DNA of 64,000 nucleotides from Macrostomum lignano (GCA_002269645.1 NIVC01001259.1:124001-188000), one strand, 5' to 3'. Positions 23,698 through 35,986 are shown, numbered from the stretch's first letter. Made by a program: numbers and translations. Notes: generated by a model not told the origin, from the sequence alone.

Positions 23698-26600
23698 ATG
23701 TCCTCGTCGTTGGCCTCGGTTGCCAACGGCAGCCACCGCAGCGACTCTGCTGAGCAGAATGGCAAATCGGCCCACGCCGGGCAGAGCCAGGAGCAGCAGG
23801 ATGACGAAGAGAGGTCGGAGCAGCAGCAGAAGAAGACAGAGGAGAAGCCGATTGAGAGCCGAGACGGGGAGCCGCCTGGGCAGCAGCTTCGCGAGACGCT
23901 GGACCAGTTAGCCGAGCACATCCGCGGCCTGCAGGTGGGTGAACCGCGAATTTTCCGTATCGGTCAGTTCTATTTAGAGCCATACATGCGCAACCCCATG
24001 ATTTGGGTAAACGGCAAGAGTAACTATGACTAAATTTTAGGTTAAATGCCTCGGCATCTAATTAGTATTATGTGCAGTTTTGGGTGGGCATTTTGCGACA
24101 TACCTTGACTGGGCCCCTTGCCAGCCGGCCGTATTGGCGCATGTGCATGTATGTTTAGAGCTGACCTGAATAGTCGGCCAAAAAGAAACAATTAGAAGAC
24201 ATCGTCCCACAACCTGCGCCTGACGGCAATTCTGCCCATTTCGCTGACTTCTGAACACACACAAGTGCTCCAATACTGTACTCAGGCACGCACTCATACA
24301 CACAGCTCACACAGGGTGTACATCGACCCTGACTTTCTAATCGTCAGGCATGTACACTCTGTGTGCCTTGCGGGCTGGCCCTCACGGCTTTGAATCACAC
24401 AAAACCCCCCGAGCCAGTTTTCGAAATGAATCATTAATTACAATGAAGAATGGCTCTGATATTGGAAACCAAAACATCCACATAGCCTTCCTAAACTTCA
24501 ATCTGTCACTCCAGGCCGCTGAGGTTGAAAGTTTCAACGAAGAGTCCTTAAAGTTCGCTTTCAACACAACTAGAATGAGCTTTCATAACAGCGATCCGAC
24601 TGTGCTCAACCAGCTTGAGCAGGTGTTTATTAGCCAGGCCTACTTGACTCTGTACACCAGGCTGCTGCTGCACTGCCAGAGGAAGCCTTGGCCTGATGTG
24701 GCTACGCCAAGCATTATCAGGCTGAGCGACACCGTGTGGAACATGACTCACCTGAGTGTGCGCGTCTGCCAGGAACTGGTTGGACTGGATCTCATTCGAC
24801 AGGTGTGTACCTCATCGGGTGTGCATCTCGTGCAATCTCACTCAACTGGGGATCCTGAAATCCCACTGTGGATCCTGAAATCCCACTGTGGATCCTGAAA
24901 TCCCACTGTGGATCCTAAAATCCCACTGTGGATCTTGAAATCCCACTGTGGATCTTGAAATCATCAACATCCTCACCTTCCCACATCAGCATCCTCATCT
25001 TCCCACATCAGCATCCTCATCTTCCCACATCAGCATCCTCACCTTCCCACATCAGCATCCTCACCTTCCCACATCAGCATCCTCACCTTCCCACATCAGC
25101 ATCCTCACCTTTCCTTACCCCCTAAAACAATGCGAGCTCCTCTGACTGCCACCGCAGGTGCTCGGCGCCCTGAGCCACTGCGACCGTGACAATCTGAAGA
25201 ACGCCCGAGCTCGCCGACTGTGCAACGGGCTGCTCAGCGTGCTGCACAATGTCATCCGCGCGCTGCCTCACGCCAGGGCCAGCTATCGGATTCCCGGCTA
25301 CAGCGTAGTGGACGTGCTCAAGCATTTCCTATGCGACACCTTGAACGCCTACCTGTACACCAAGGTGGTGCTAGTGCTCAGCTTTGTTGTCACCGAGGAA
25401 GAGAATCGCTGGTTAAACGTTAGCGACGAGCACATCCGCCTGCTGATCCGCGACCTGCGCCAGACTCTGGACGCCAGCGAGTCCGGGCCGCACTTCTGCC
25501 CGAAGCTTGGCTACCAGTGCGACGAGCTGCTTCAAGGCGTCGATAATCTGTGCGGCTGCGACTTCAATAAGACTCGATTCGTTAACAACGGCCTCCTAGA
25601 GCTCATCGAGGACCTGCTGGTTCGGGGAGCGCCCAACGATTCAGAACTGCTGTTCGCAGTTGAGATTGTCTACCATCTCGCCTTTGACGACGTCTGTCGG
25701 GAGGGCATCTGCCAGCGGCGCAGTCTGGTTGATCAGCTCACCGGCCTAGCTAACAATTGCCGACTGAAAGACGTCAGGCGGAGCGCCTGCGGCACGCTGT
25801 GGAAGCTGCACGGTCATGGCCTGTGCGCCACGCCCACAAGCTCGCATGCGATGCCGCTGTTCTCGCTGGCCGAGCGAAGCCCGAATCCCGTGGTGTCAGC
25901 TGGGCACGTGATGCTGTCGTACCAGCACGCCAGCCAGGACACCGTGCTGCTGATTCGCAAGCGCCTGCAGATGGAGGGCTACGAGGTTAGTTCTGTTTTT
26001 TAACTAATTTTGGTAGCTGCACTGACAGTTTTTTTTCAGAGCTATCATTTCTCAATCGGAAAATTTGTTTTCTGAAAAGAGCGACTTAGGGAAGTATGAA
26101 GTTACGTGTTAAAAATTCGTTATTTCGTCGACTTTAAAACCTATCATGTGACCGATTTTACAACCCGATTTGTGACTCATTGACCTAACTTGTGATCCAC
26201 CATATGGGACCCATCATGCGATCTATAATGTGACCCGATTTGTAACTCATAATGTGACCCATAATGTGACCCGATTTGTGACTCATCGAGTGACCCATAA
26301 TGTGACCCGATTTGTGACCCATAATGTGACCCGATTTGTGATTCATCATGTGACCCATAGTGTGACCCGATTTGTGACCCATAATGTGACCCGATTTGTG
26401 ACCCATAATATGACCCGATTTGTGACCCATAGTGTGACCCGATTTGTGACCCATAATGTGACCCGATTTGTGACCCAGCAGGCGGTCCAATCTGTGACTC
26501 ATAATGTGACCCAATTTGTGACGCATCATATGTGACCCGATTTGTGACTCATCATGCGATCCATAATATGAGCCGATTTGTGACCCATAATGTGACCCGA

Positions 26601-29383
26601 TTTGTGACCCATAATGTGACCCGATTTGTGACCCAGCAGGCGATTCAATTTGTAACCCATAATGTGACCCAATTTGTGACGCATCATGTGACCCGATTTG
26701 TGAATTGGGACTCATCTGGTGACCCATTTTGTGGCTCATCATGTAACCCATTTTTGACTCATTTGTGAACTGCAATATAACCGATACGTGACCCAATTTG
26801 TGTCCCATAATCTTTTACGTATTTCAATCAACCCGTTATTATATAATTGCTTCCAAATCCCAACCCAATGCCAGGTGTGGCTGGACATCGAGAACATGAG
26901 CCAGAGCATAGTGTCCAAAATGGCCGAAGCCGTAGAGAACTCGGCCGTGATACTCATGTGCATGAGCCAGAGCTACAAGAACAGCCCGCACTGTCGGCAC
27001 GAGGCCGACTACGCCTACAAGCTGCAGAAGCCCATTGTGCCGCTAGTCATGGAGCCCAAATACCAGCCAGACGGCTGGCTGGGCCTGCTCATGGGCTCGA
27101 AGATGTTCTACGACTTCTCAGACGAGGATCTATTCGAGGAGAGCTTCGCTAATCTGCTTAAAGAACTCGGCGGCCGGGGCAAAGCCCAGCTGGCCGACTC
27201 GTCCGGCCTTGGCGACAGCGTGCGCAGTCTGCAGCCGCTGCAGCACTCCATGCGGGTCAGCCACGCCGAGGCCAGCCGGGAGGGCACGCCGTGCGGCTCC
27301 GAGGCCCGGCAGTATGCCAAGCACCGGAGTCAGCACACGGCCTCGATCCTGGCCTGGACACCGGCTGATGTTACTGGCTGGCTGGCCGAGAATCAGCTGG
27401 CCGAGTATGAACCTCAGTGAGTGCTGTGAATCTTAGGGTGTATAAGCACCTGTATCAGTCAGTAACCAGGCTGTATAAGCACCTGTCTCAAGCAGTAACC
27501 AGGCTGTATAAGCACCTGTCTCAGGCAGTAACCAGGCTGTATAAGCACCTGTATCAGGCAGTAACCAGGCTGTATAAGCACCTGTATCAGTCATTAACCG
27601 GCTGTATAAGCACCTGTCTCAGGTAGTAACCAGGCTGTATAAGCACCTGTCTCAGGCAGTAACCAGGCTGTATAAGCACCTGTCTCAGGCAGTAACCAGG
27701 CTGTATAAGCACCTGTCTCAGGCAGTAACCAGGCTGTATAAGCACCTGTCTCAGGCAGTAGCCAGGCTGTATAAGCACCTGTCTCAGGCAGTAACCAGGC
27801 TGTATAAGCACCTGTCTCAGGCAGTAACCAGGCTGTATAAGCACCTGTCTCAGGCAGTAACCAGGCTGTATAAGCACCTGTATCAGTCAGTAACCAGGCT
27901 GTATAAGCACCTGTCTCAGGTAGTAACCAGGCTGTATAAGCACCTGTATCAGTCAGTAACCAGGCTGTATAAGCACCTGTATCAGTCAGTAACCAGGCTG
28001 TATAAGCACCTGTCTCAGGTAGTAACCAGGCTGTATAAGCACCTGTATCAGGTAGTAATAGTAACCAGGCTGTATAAGCACCTGTATCAGTCAGTAACCA
28101 GGCTGTATAAGCACCTGTATCAGTCAGAAACTAGACTGTAATACACCTGTATCAGTTAGTAACTAGGCTGTAATACACCTGAATCAGTCAGTAACTAGGC
28201 TGTAATACATCTGAATCAGTCAGTAACTAGGCTGTAATACATCTGTATCAGTCAGTAACTAGGCTGTAATACACCTGTATCAGTCAGTAACTAAGCTGTA
28301 ATACACCTGTATCAGTCAGTAACTAGGCTGTAATACATCTGTATCAGTCAGTAACTAGGCTGTAATACACCTGTATCAGTAAGTAACTAGGCTGTAATAC
28401 ATCTGTATCAGTCAGTAACTAGGCTGTAATACATCTGTATCAGTCAGTAACTAGGCTGTAATACATCTGATCTGTATCAGTCAGTAACTAGGCTGTAATA
28501 CACCTGAATCAGTCAGTAACTAGGCTGTAATACATCTGTATCAGTCAGTAACTAGGCTGTAATACACCTGTATCAGTCAGTAACTAGGCTGTAATACATC
28601 TGTATCAGTCAGTAACTAGGCTGTAATACATCTGTATCAGTCAGTAACTAAGCTGTAATACACCTGTATCAGTCAGTAACTAGGCTGTAATACATCTGTA
28701 TCAGTCAGTAACTAGGCTGTAATACACCTGTATCAGTCAGTAACTAAGCTGTAATACACCTGTATCAGTCAGTAACTAGGCTGTAATACACCTGTATCAG
28801 TCAGTAACTAAGCTGTAATACACCTGTATCAGTCAGTAACTAGGCTGTAATACATCTGTATCAGTCAGTAACTAGGCTGTAATACACCTGTATCAGTCAG
28901 TAACTAGGCTGTAATACATCTGTATCAGTCAGTAACTAGGCTGTAATACATCTGATCTGTATCAGTCAGTAACTAGGCTGTAATACACCTGAATCAGTCA
29001 GTAACTAGGCTGTAATACATCTGTATCAGTCAGTAACTAGGCTGTAATACACCTGTATCAGTCAGTAACTAAGCTGTAATACACCTGTATCAGTCAGTAA
29101 CTAGGCTGTAATACATCTGTATCAGTCAGTAACTAGGCTGTAATACACCTGTATCAGTCAGTAACTAGGCTGTAATACACCTGTATCAGTCAGTAACCAG
29201 CCTGCAAAACTGAATATTTCCAGCTTCGCAGACGTCAGCGGCGAGCTGCTGTTCGAGCTGCACCACATGCAGTCTCACGCGCCAGAAGCATTTTACGCTT
29301 GCATGCGGAAACAGCTGGGCATGCGGCTGGTCGACATGCTGCGGATGAGTCGAGCCCTGCACCGACTGTCCGAGGTCACGTGA
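23698..29383 (+). CDS. ARM-like helical repeat + TIR (TIR_2-type) + C-terminal SAM-like domain protein, 5 exons, about 684 aa
   Basis: Exons 23698-23934, 24515-24802, 25158-25985, 26875-27416, 29224-29383, phase-consistent (2055 nt). TIR: HVMLSYQH...VWLDIENM...MAEAVENSAVILMCMSQSYKNSPHCRHEADYAYKLQKPIVPL...DGWLGLLMGSKMFYDFS; SAM-like: WTPADVTGWL...VSGELLFEL...; ARM-like: AVEIVYHLAF...VRRSACGTLWKL. Exon 1 is less certain. Confidence 0.85.
24850..24962. repeat. 20-bp minisatellite (TCCCACTGTGGATCCTGAAA) in TIR-gene intron 2
   Basis: About 5 copies. Confidence 0.9.
24968..25110. repeat. 22-bp minisatellite (CATCAGCATCCTCACCTTCCCA) in TIR-gene intron 2
   Basis: About 6 copies, ending about 45 nt before the acceptor. 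Confidence 0.9.
26205..26800. repeat. 24-bp minisatellite (GTGACCCATAATGTGACCCGATTT), built from 12-bp subunits, in TIR-gene intron 3
   Basis: Direct reading; 8-aa period VTHNVTRF in the ORF track. Confidence 0.92.
27436..29198. repeat. Compound 33-bp then 32-bp minisatellite filling TIR-gene intron 4
   Basis: GTAACCAGGCTGTATAAGCACCTGTCTCAGGCA (to about 28120), then GTAACTAGGCTGTAATACACCTGTATCAGTCA. Confidence 0.95.
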
Positions 29384-29469
29384 TGCTTTGATTGTAGACC
29401 GCTAAGCAGCTTGATTTGTATTTAGCCTATTAGATACTCATCTTGCATCTTCAGCTTCCTAGATTCATA

Positions 29470-30312
29470 TTTTGAGTATTGAAACCTCTCAGATCCCCAA
29501 TTTGAGTATTTGACCTCGCAGATCCCCAATTTGAGTATTTGACCTCTCAGATCCCCAATTTGAGTATTTGACCTCGCAGATCCCCAATTTGAGTATTTGA
29601 CCTCGCAGATCCCCAATTTGAGTATTTGACCTCTCAGATCCCCAATTTGAGTATTTGACCTCGCAGATCCCCAATTTGAGTATTTGGCCTCGCAGATCCC
29701 CAATTTAAGTATTTGACCTCGCAGATCCCCAATTTGAGTATTTGGCCTCGCAGATCCCCAATTAAAGTATTTGACCTCGGAGATCCCCAATTTAAGTATT
29801 TGGCCTCGCAGATCCCCAATTTAAATATTTGACATCACAGATCCCCAATTTGAGTATTGAAACCTCACAGATCCCCCATTTGAGTATTGAAACCTCACAG
29901 ATCTCCCATTTGAGTATTGAAACCTCACAGATCCCCCATTTGAGTATTGAAACCTCACAGATCCCCCATTTGAGTATTGAAACCTCACAGATCTCCCATT
30001 TGAGTATTGAAACCTCACAGATCCCCATTTGAGTATTGAAACCTCACAGATCCCCATTTGAGTATTGAAACCTCACAGATCCCCTATTTGAGTATTGAAA
30101 CCTCACAGATCCCCCATTTGAGTATTGAAACCTCACAGATCCCCCATTTGAGTATTGAAACCTCACAGATCTCCCATTTGAGTATTGAAACCTCACAGAT
30201 CCCCAATTTGAGTATTTGGCCTCACAGATCCCCAATTTGAGTATTTGGCCTCACACATCCCCAATTTGAGTATTTGGCCTCACACATCCCCAATTTGAGT
30301 ATTTGACCTCCC
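29470..30312. repeat. 29/30-bp minisatellite downstream of the TIR-gene stop
   Basis: GATCCCCAATTTGAGTATTTGACCTCGCA flanking a central GATCCCCCATTTGAGTATTGAAACCTCACA block. Confidence 0.94.
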
Positions 30313-30904
30313 GAATCCCACCATCAATGAACCATCAGTCACTCCGGCTTTCTTCGCTTTTTGGCAATCCGTCAACTTAACTTTACTGGTCAGTGCAATG
30401 CTGCTAGGCCATAATCTTTTTTTGTCATACGAGGGCCTCTTCTATGCCAGTTTTGCTGCCCCTACTGCTGCCTCTGCTGAGCCGATGCAGCTCATTTTCA
30501 CCTGTGTTTCCCTGTGTACTTTAGGACCAGCCGAAATATTTATTAGGCGCCTGTAGCTTATTTGGCGAAGGTCATTTTTGTGTAGCAAGCTTTCAGTTTT
30601 CCACCATCTTTCTCTATACGAGTATATATTTAACAAAATGATGCACAGCACCTTCACTTGTGTAGCTTTTTGCCCTTGTATTATAATAGTTATATTTATG
30701 AAAACTTACTGAATTTTTACATTAATTTAATATAACAGTTTTTTGACTTGCTCGAATTGGCACAAGCATTGGTTTTGAATTTAATGGTCAAGCGGTTATT
30801 TTTGTTATGAATTCGTTTAGAATACTAAATGCTTTCTTTGCATCGAAGTCTTTGTTTTCATATATTTGTAAATTAATAGCTGAGCACCTGAAAAAAATGG
30901 TCAC

Positions 30905-31090
30905 AAGTTAGCTGCCAGTGACAATTCACTGTCGCAAATCGACTGCTAGTGATAATTAACTGTCACAAATTGACTGCCAGTGACGATTCACTGTCACAAA
31001 TTGACTGCCAGTAACGATTTACTGTCACAAATGGACTGCCAAATTCACTGTCACAAATTGACTGCCAGTGACGATTCACTGTCACAAATT
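30905..31090. repeat. Degenerate ~31-bp repeat (CACTGTCACAAATTGACTGCCAGTGACGATT)
   Basis: About 5-6 imperfect copies. Confidence 0.75.
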
Positions 31091-31202
31091 AATTTATTTT
31101 CTATATTAAACTAGCCAATTAAAACTATTCGAGATAATGTGCGGCATCCTTTGATCTTTTATTGTATTGAGTATTGTTACGGGCTACTAAAATGCACATA
31201 AT

Positions 31203-34200
31203 TCAGTCGCTATGGTCAGTCGAGCGCCACAGCCGGCGCAGGTCCTTCCGCAGCAGTCGATAGTCGGCGTCGCTCAGATCCAGCAGGTCGCCAGAGTCGG
31301 GGCAGACTTCGTACTGGCCGATGACGTCACCGTCGGCGGTGCCGATTCGAACCACCCGCGGCCTGGCGTAGCAGGGCAGTCGGGACTCGAACGCGCGCTT
31401 GATTCGGCGGCCGAGCTGCTGGCGGCAGAAGTCTTCAAGGTCGCCGCTGTCCGCCTCAGGCGGCAGGTTCAGACTGTCTCGGTTGGGCACCGTGTAGGCG
31501 ACCTCGCCGGCGGCCAGATGACCATCGTCCTGCGGCTGGGCAGCGATGCAGGACAGCTGGCAGCGGCCGCCGCATTCCGGCAGCAGGTTAGATAGGATTG
31601 ACTGCAGCTGTGGGTGAGGAGCGAGATTAAGGTGGGTGAGGAGCGGAGATTAAGGTAGATGAGAAGCGGAGATTAAGGTAGGTGAGAAGCGGAGATTAAG
31701 GTGGGAGAGGAGCGGAGATTAAGGTGGGTGAGGAGCGGAGATTAAGGTGGGTGAGGAGCGGAGATTAAGGTGGGTGAGGAGCGGAGATTAAGGTGGGTGA
31801 GAAGCGGAGATTAAGGTGGGTGAGGAGCGGAGATTAAGGTAGGTGAGAAGCGGAGATTAAGGTGGGTGAGGAGCGGAGATTAAGGTAGGTGAGAAGCGGA
31901 GATTAAGGTGGGTGAGAAGCGGAGATTAAGGTGGGTGAGGAGCGGAGATTAAGGTGGGTGAGGAGCGGATATTAAGGTGGGTGAGGAGCGGAGATTAAGG
32001 TGGGTGAGGAGCGGAGATTAAGGTGGGTGAGGAGCGGAGATTAAGGTAGATGAGAAGCGGAGATTAAGGTAGGTGAGAAGCGGAGATTAAGGTGGGAGAG
32101 GAGCGGAGATTAAGGTGGGTGAGGAGCGGAGATTAAGGTGGGTGAGGAGCGGAGATTAAGGTGGGTGAGGAGCGGAGATTAAGGTGGGTGAGAAGCGGAG
32201 ATTAAGGTGGGAGAGGAGCGGATATTAAGGTGGGTGAGGAGCGGAGATTAAGGTGGGTGAGGAGCGGAGATTAAGGTGGGTGAGGAGCGGAGATTAAGGT
32301 GGGTGAGGAGCGGAGATTAAGGTAGATGAGAAGCGGAGATTAAGGTAGGTGAGAAGCGGAGATTAAGGTGGGAGAGGAGCGGAGATTAAGGTGGGTGAGG
32401 AGCGGAGATTAAGGTGGGTGAGGAGCGGAGATTAAGGTGGGTGAGGAGCGGAGATTAAGGTGGGTGAGGAGCGGAGATTAAGGTGGGTGAGAAGCGGAGA
32501 TTAAGGTGGGTGAGGAGCGGAGATTAAGGTGGGTGAGGAGCGGAGATTAAGGTAGGAGAGGAGCGGAGGTTAAGGTAGGTGAGGAGCGGAGGTTAAGGTG
32601 GGTGAGGAGTGGAGATTAAGGTAGATAAGGAGTGGAGATTAAGGTGGGCGAGGATCTGATACCAAGATGCTCACCTCTGCTCTGGCTGACGTCTTCCCCG
32701 GCAGCCAGTATCGGCCCTGGTGAACCGGCGGCGCCTCATCCGGCGAGTCCGTCAGGTTGCCCAGCCGCCCCACGGTCAGCGGGCTGCCCAGCCAGTGCCG
32801 ATAGTCGTCGCCCGGCTGGAAAACCCCGGCTAGCCGGTTGGGCCGCTCAGCAGCAGTCGCTACCGACAAGGCGCCATCGTTGGGGAACAGCGGGAGAACG
32901 GAGTCGCCCTCCCTGCAGCCGGCTCGGCAGTCCCAGTCCGGCAAGCCAGAGTCCGCCGACAGCCGCAGGAGCCGTACGGGCGCTCGGCCGGGCAGCCAAA
33001 GCGGCCGGAAGCCCACAGACACCCGGTTGGCGCCGCAATCGGCGCTCCCGGCGGCGTTGTCGCTGGCTAGGAAAGCCGGCGCACCGGCGCAGGCGCCGCC
33101 GAGTTCGACAACCTCGTCGAGGCCGAACCGCTCTACGAGCTGCTGGCGACAGCCGCTTGGCAGGCCGCGGCCCAGCAGCCGGGTGGTCGAGTGCAGCCTG
33201 TCGGTGGGGCGGCCGGGTCGCCGGACCAGCTCGGCGGCCAGGGCGGCATCGTACAGGCCAGCGGTGCAGCCGTGCCTGCCGATGAGTTGCGGTACCTTCG
33301 CTTATCAGGCTCATGGACATCTAAATTGATTTGGGAGTAACAGTCCACTCTGAGCCCCAGCCCCACCTGGCAGTCCAGGTATCTAATCCGCACTCTGAGC
33401 CTCAGCCCCTACCTTGCGCAGTCAGTCCAGTAGCCAATCGGTGAGCAGTCGCTCCGCAAGACGCAGGTGGCGCCTTCGGTGATGGCCAGCCCGACGCCCG
33501 CAGCCGTGGCCAGCGCGGTGTGCAGCGGCTGGCAGATGTACAGCACGTCCTCCCGGCCCAGCTCGAGCAGCAGGCGGGGCAGAGCGGCTATTTGAAGATA
33601 GTCGGCGTGCGTCAGCGCCAGCTGCCGCCCAGCCTCAGTGGCGACCAACAGCGGGGCCCGGTGGTCCGGCTGGCGCGGCAGCGGAGGCATCAGGGCCGGA
33701 TTCTCCGTCTCGGCCAGCAGCTCGGCCTCGAGGCGCAGAGCTCCGGGCAGACGTGGCGGCCTATCCGGCTCGCCGTGGCAGCTGAGCAGCAGCCGGAGGT
33801 GGCGCAGCATCGGCAGTGCCGACAGCAGCACCGTCTCAGCGTCAGCCTCGTAGACCAGGACGGATAGTCGGCGAAGTCGCCTGCGCCGCATGCAGGCGTC
33901 GGCGTCGGCGTCTCCCGGGTCGTCGGGATCGAGGAGAACGGCCAGGCACCCGGCCTTGGCGGCTCCCAGCCACAGAGCGGTGTGCAATGCCGAGGGCCGG
34001 ACGGCGACCCCGACAGCCGCCCCGGTGGGCAGGCGGCGGGCCAAGTAGGTGGCCAGCCGGGTCGCCAGATCGGCCACCAGGCCGAAGCTCCAGACCTCTT
34101 CGTCGGCGATGAAGCAGGCCTTGTCCGGCAGGGCGGCAGCTGTGGACTCGAAAGCGGCTAAAACGTCGGCGGCTGCCGCTGGCGTCCCAGACGGCCTGTC

Positions 34201-34386
34201 AAGGCTGGCCAGGTGGTAGAAGGCATCGCGCTGGAATGCCAAGCACAGGTCCAGCAGCCTGCGGCGCCAGTTTGTGAGCTCCAGTAGCACCAGCAGGGGG
34301 GCGAGCAGCAGCGCACCCGGAAGGAGCAGCGTTGAAATTTCTGCATTGAATTGGCCGGTCAAAACGGCCTCGGCCCAGTCTGACAT
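31203..34386 (-). CDS. Highly divergent fatty acid transport protein / very-long-chain acyl-CoA synthetase-like (SLC27/FATP) protein, 3 exons, about 659 aa; catalytic motifs degenerate
   Basis: Exons 34386-33413, 33275-32675, 31607-31203, phase-consistent (1980 nt). N-terminal hydrophobic segment; PDKACFI...WSF; AALWLGAAKAG; DVLYICQPLH; GATCVLRSDCSPIGYWTDCARHGCT (cf. [25 protein letters not shown]); GVFQPGD; RLPCYARPRVVRI. Confidence 0.8.
31610..32655. repeat. 23-bp minisatellite (GATTAAGGTGGGTGAGGAGCGGA)n filling FATP-like intron 2
   Basis: About 45 copies; abuts the acceptor AG on the - strand. Confidence 0.96.
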
Positions 34387-34735
34387 ATCGGTCTGCTTTG
34401 GCTCTGTCTTTCAGAGTCTAATTACCTTTTTACCTTTAGGAGTCCCTGCATGCTGAAAGAGCAGCAAAAAAGGACTATGCGCTTTGTCTTCTAGCAGAAA
34501 TAAAGCAGCCTCTCATTCTTCTCACCCAGCTCCCCTCCTCTCGTGTTCTGCCTGCGTACATTTGTGCGATAGAAGAACACGGCTGTCTTCACTCGGTCAA
34601 CAAGTGTACTCTCGCCAGACCCTATAATGTACATGTATCTGTTCTTTTCTGGGCGCAAGCTGACAGGCTGGGTTATAGCTAGGCTTTAAGGCACACTTGA
34701 CACTATCGGAGAACGTGTACAACAGGTACAGTCAG

Positions 34736-34746
34736 AATGGCGGAAG
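34736..34746 (+). promoter_or_regulatory. Overlapping YY1-like/ETS-like motif (AATGGCGGAAG) in the 1.6-kb head-to-head interval between the FATP-like gene and DNAJC5
   Basis: Motif resemblance and divergent gene orientation only. Confidence 0.2.
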
Positions 34747-35986
34747 CTATATTTAAGCTTAAATATAAGAAACTTAGGGTAAAATTCTGAGTTTGAATTT
34801 TCTATCGAATTTATTAATTATCGTCATTTACTCGTTTACAATTATTGACTAATGTACATGTAAACCAAATAGATACAGTCTATGCTTACATCATGGAAAC
34901 TAAATTAAGAAATAAGAGGGGTGTACTGCATACTCGCAACAGTAAACAGTTACGAGGAAGTATATATACTACTGTTTTTGTTCTCGGGTTACTTCGCTTA
35001 CACGAGTTAAAAAGTTTTTTGTTTTTAAATACATGTATCTAGCTATATATCTATAAGTAGAGTAAAGTAATGTACATGTAGTTTTGTACTTTTATTAACG
35101 AATGCTTTATTAACGATGTATTCAAAAGTCTTTTTGATTCTTTAGCCATGCGTCTTGGGAGTTTCTTTCAGAAAATTAAAGATTGAAATGGTACAATTGT
35201 TGATCCTTTTTAGGTGTGGAACTGCCACATGCATGATTTTTGAAGCCACTGCAATGTTTAAACTTGTGTAATTTGCAGCTATTTGATGAAAAAATAGCCT
35301 TTAATTTGACATGTGAAAAAAAATTGTGGTTACATGTACACACCAAAGAATTGGTTTTGTGGCAAAAATAAATCTAGCAACCAGAAATTGGATTAGGGCG
35401 GAGGGACAGATCCCGGTGTGTGTCAAAGCCCAAAGGGGGTGTAGGGGGTTTGACGAAAATTTAATGGGACCCTCTTGCAATCCTTCAAGAAAAAATATCT
35501 GGGCAAAGGATCGACTGTATTTCATGACTCCACTGTAGGTAATGACTTTTGATATTTTGATAAGTAGTATTCACAAATGCAGTTTTTAAAATCGATTGCT
35601 GCTTTAATTCTAAAAGCCATCATGACCGTTTCTGGACCACTGAAATAATTATTTAAGAACTTGTTATTATGAAAAGAGTTTTTAAAACGTATTAGTTTCT
35701 TAGAAAGCTCCGTTATTGTTGCTCGCAAGTCATAATCTGTTACAATACAAGACATACATTGCTAATGCTGATATAAATTATATAAAACGTTCTATCAGTT
35801 GCCGTTGTGTAATAAAAAATTGAAAATTGAACTGTATAGTTCATAAAATCAATACTACTATTTTGGTCCAAAGACCAAGCCGTCCTGGGAAGACGCGGGG
35901 AGATGAGTTGTTTCGGATCTTGGTTTCTCTACTACTAATCTTTGTGCTACGTGTCGATTGCAGTTAGAAAACTAAGCAAATATTTG

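Noticed and set aside
1923-29383. Functional NAD/ADP-ribose module linking NUDT16 and the TIR protein, or a DNA/RNA-repair cluster with MGMT
   Set aside because: Genes are 8-22 kb apart with unrelated genes between; adjacency in animal genomes is weak evidence, and there is no shared regulatory signal.
26185-30240. His/Gly-rich and other periodic ORFs in and after the TIR gene
   Set aside because: Minisatellite translations; the true exons splice around them.
32632-34456. Several overlapping + strand and alternative-frame ORFs over the FATP-like gene (likewise over MGMT and Kv3 exon 1)
   Set aside because: Shadow ORFs caused by high GC content; no recognisable motifs.
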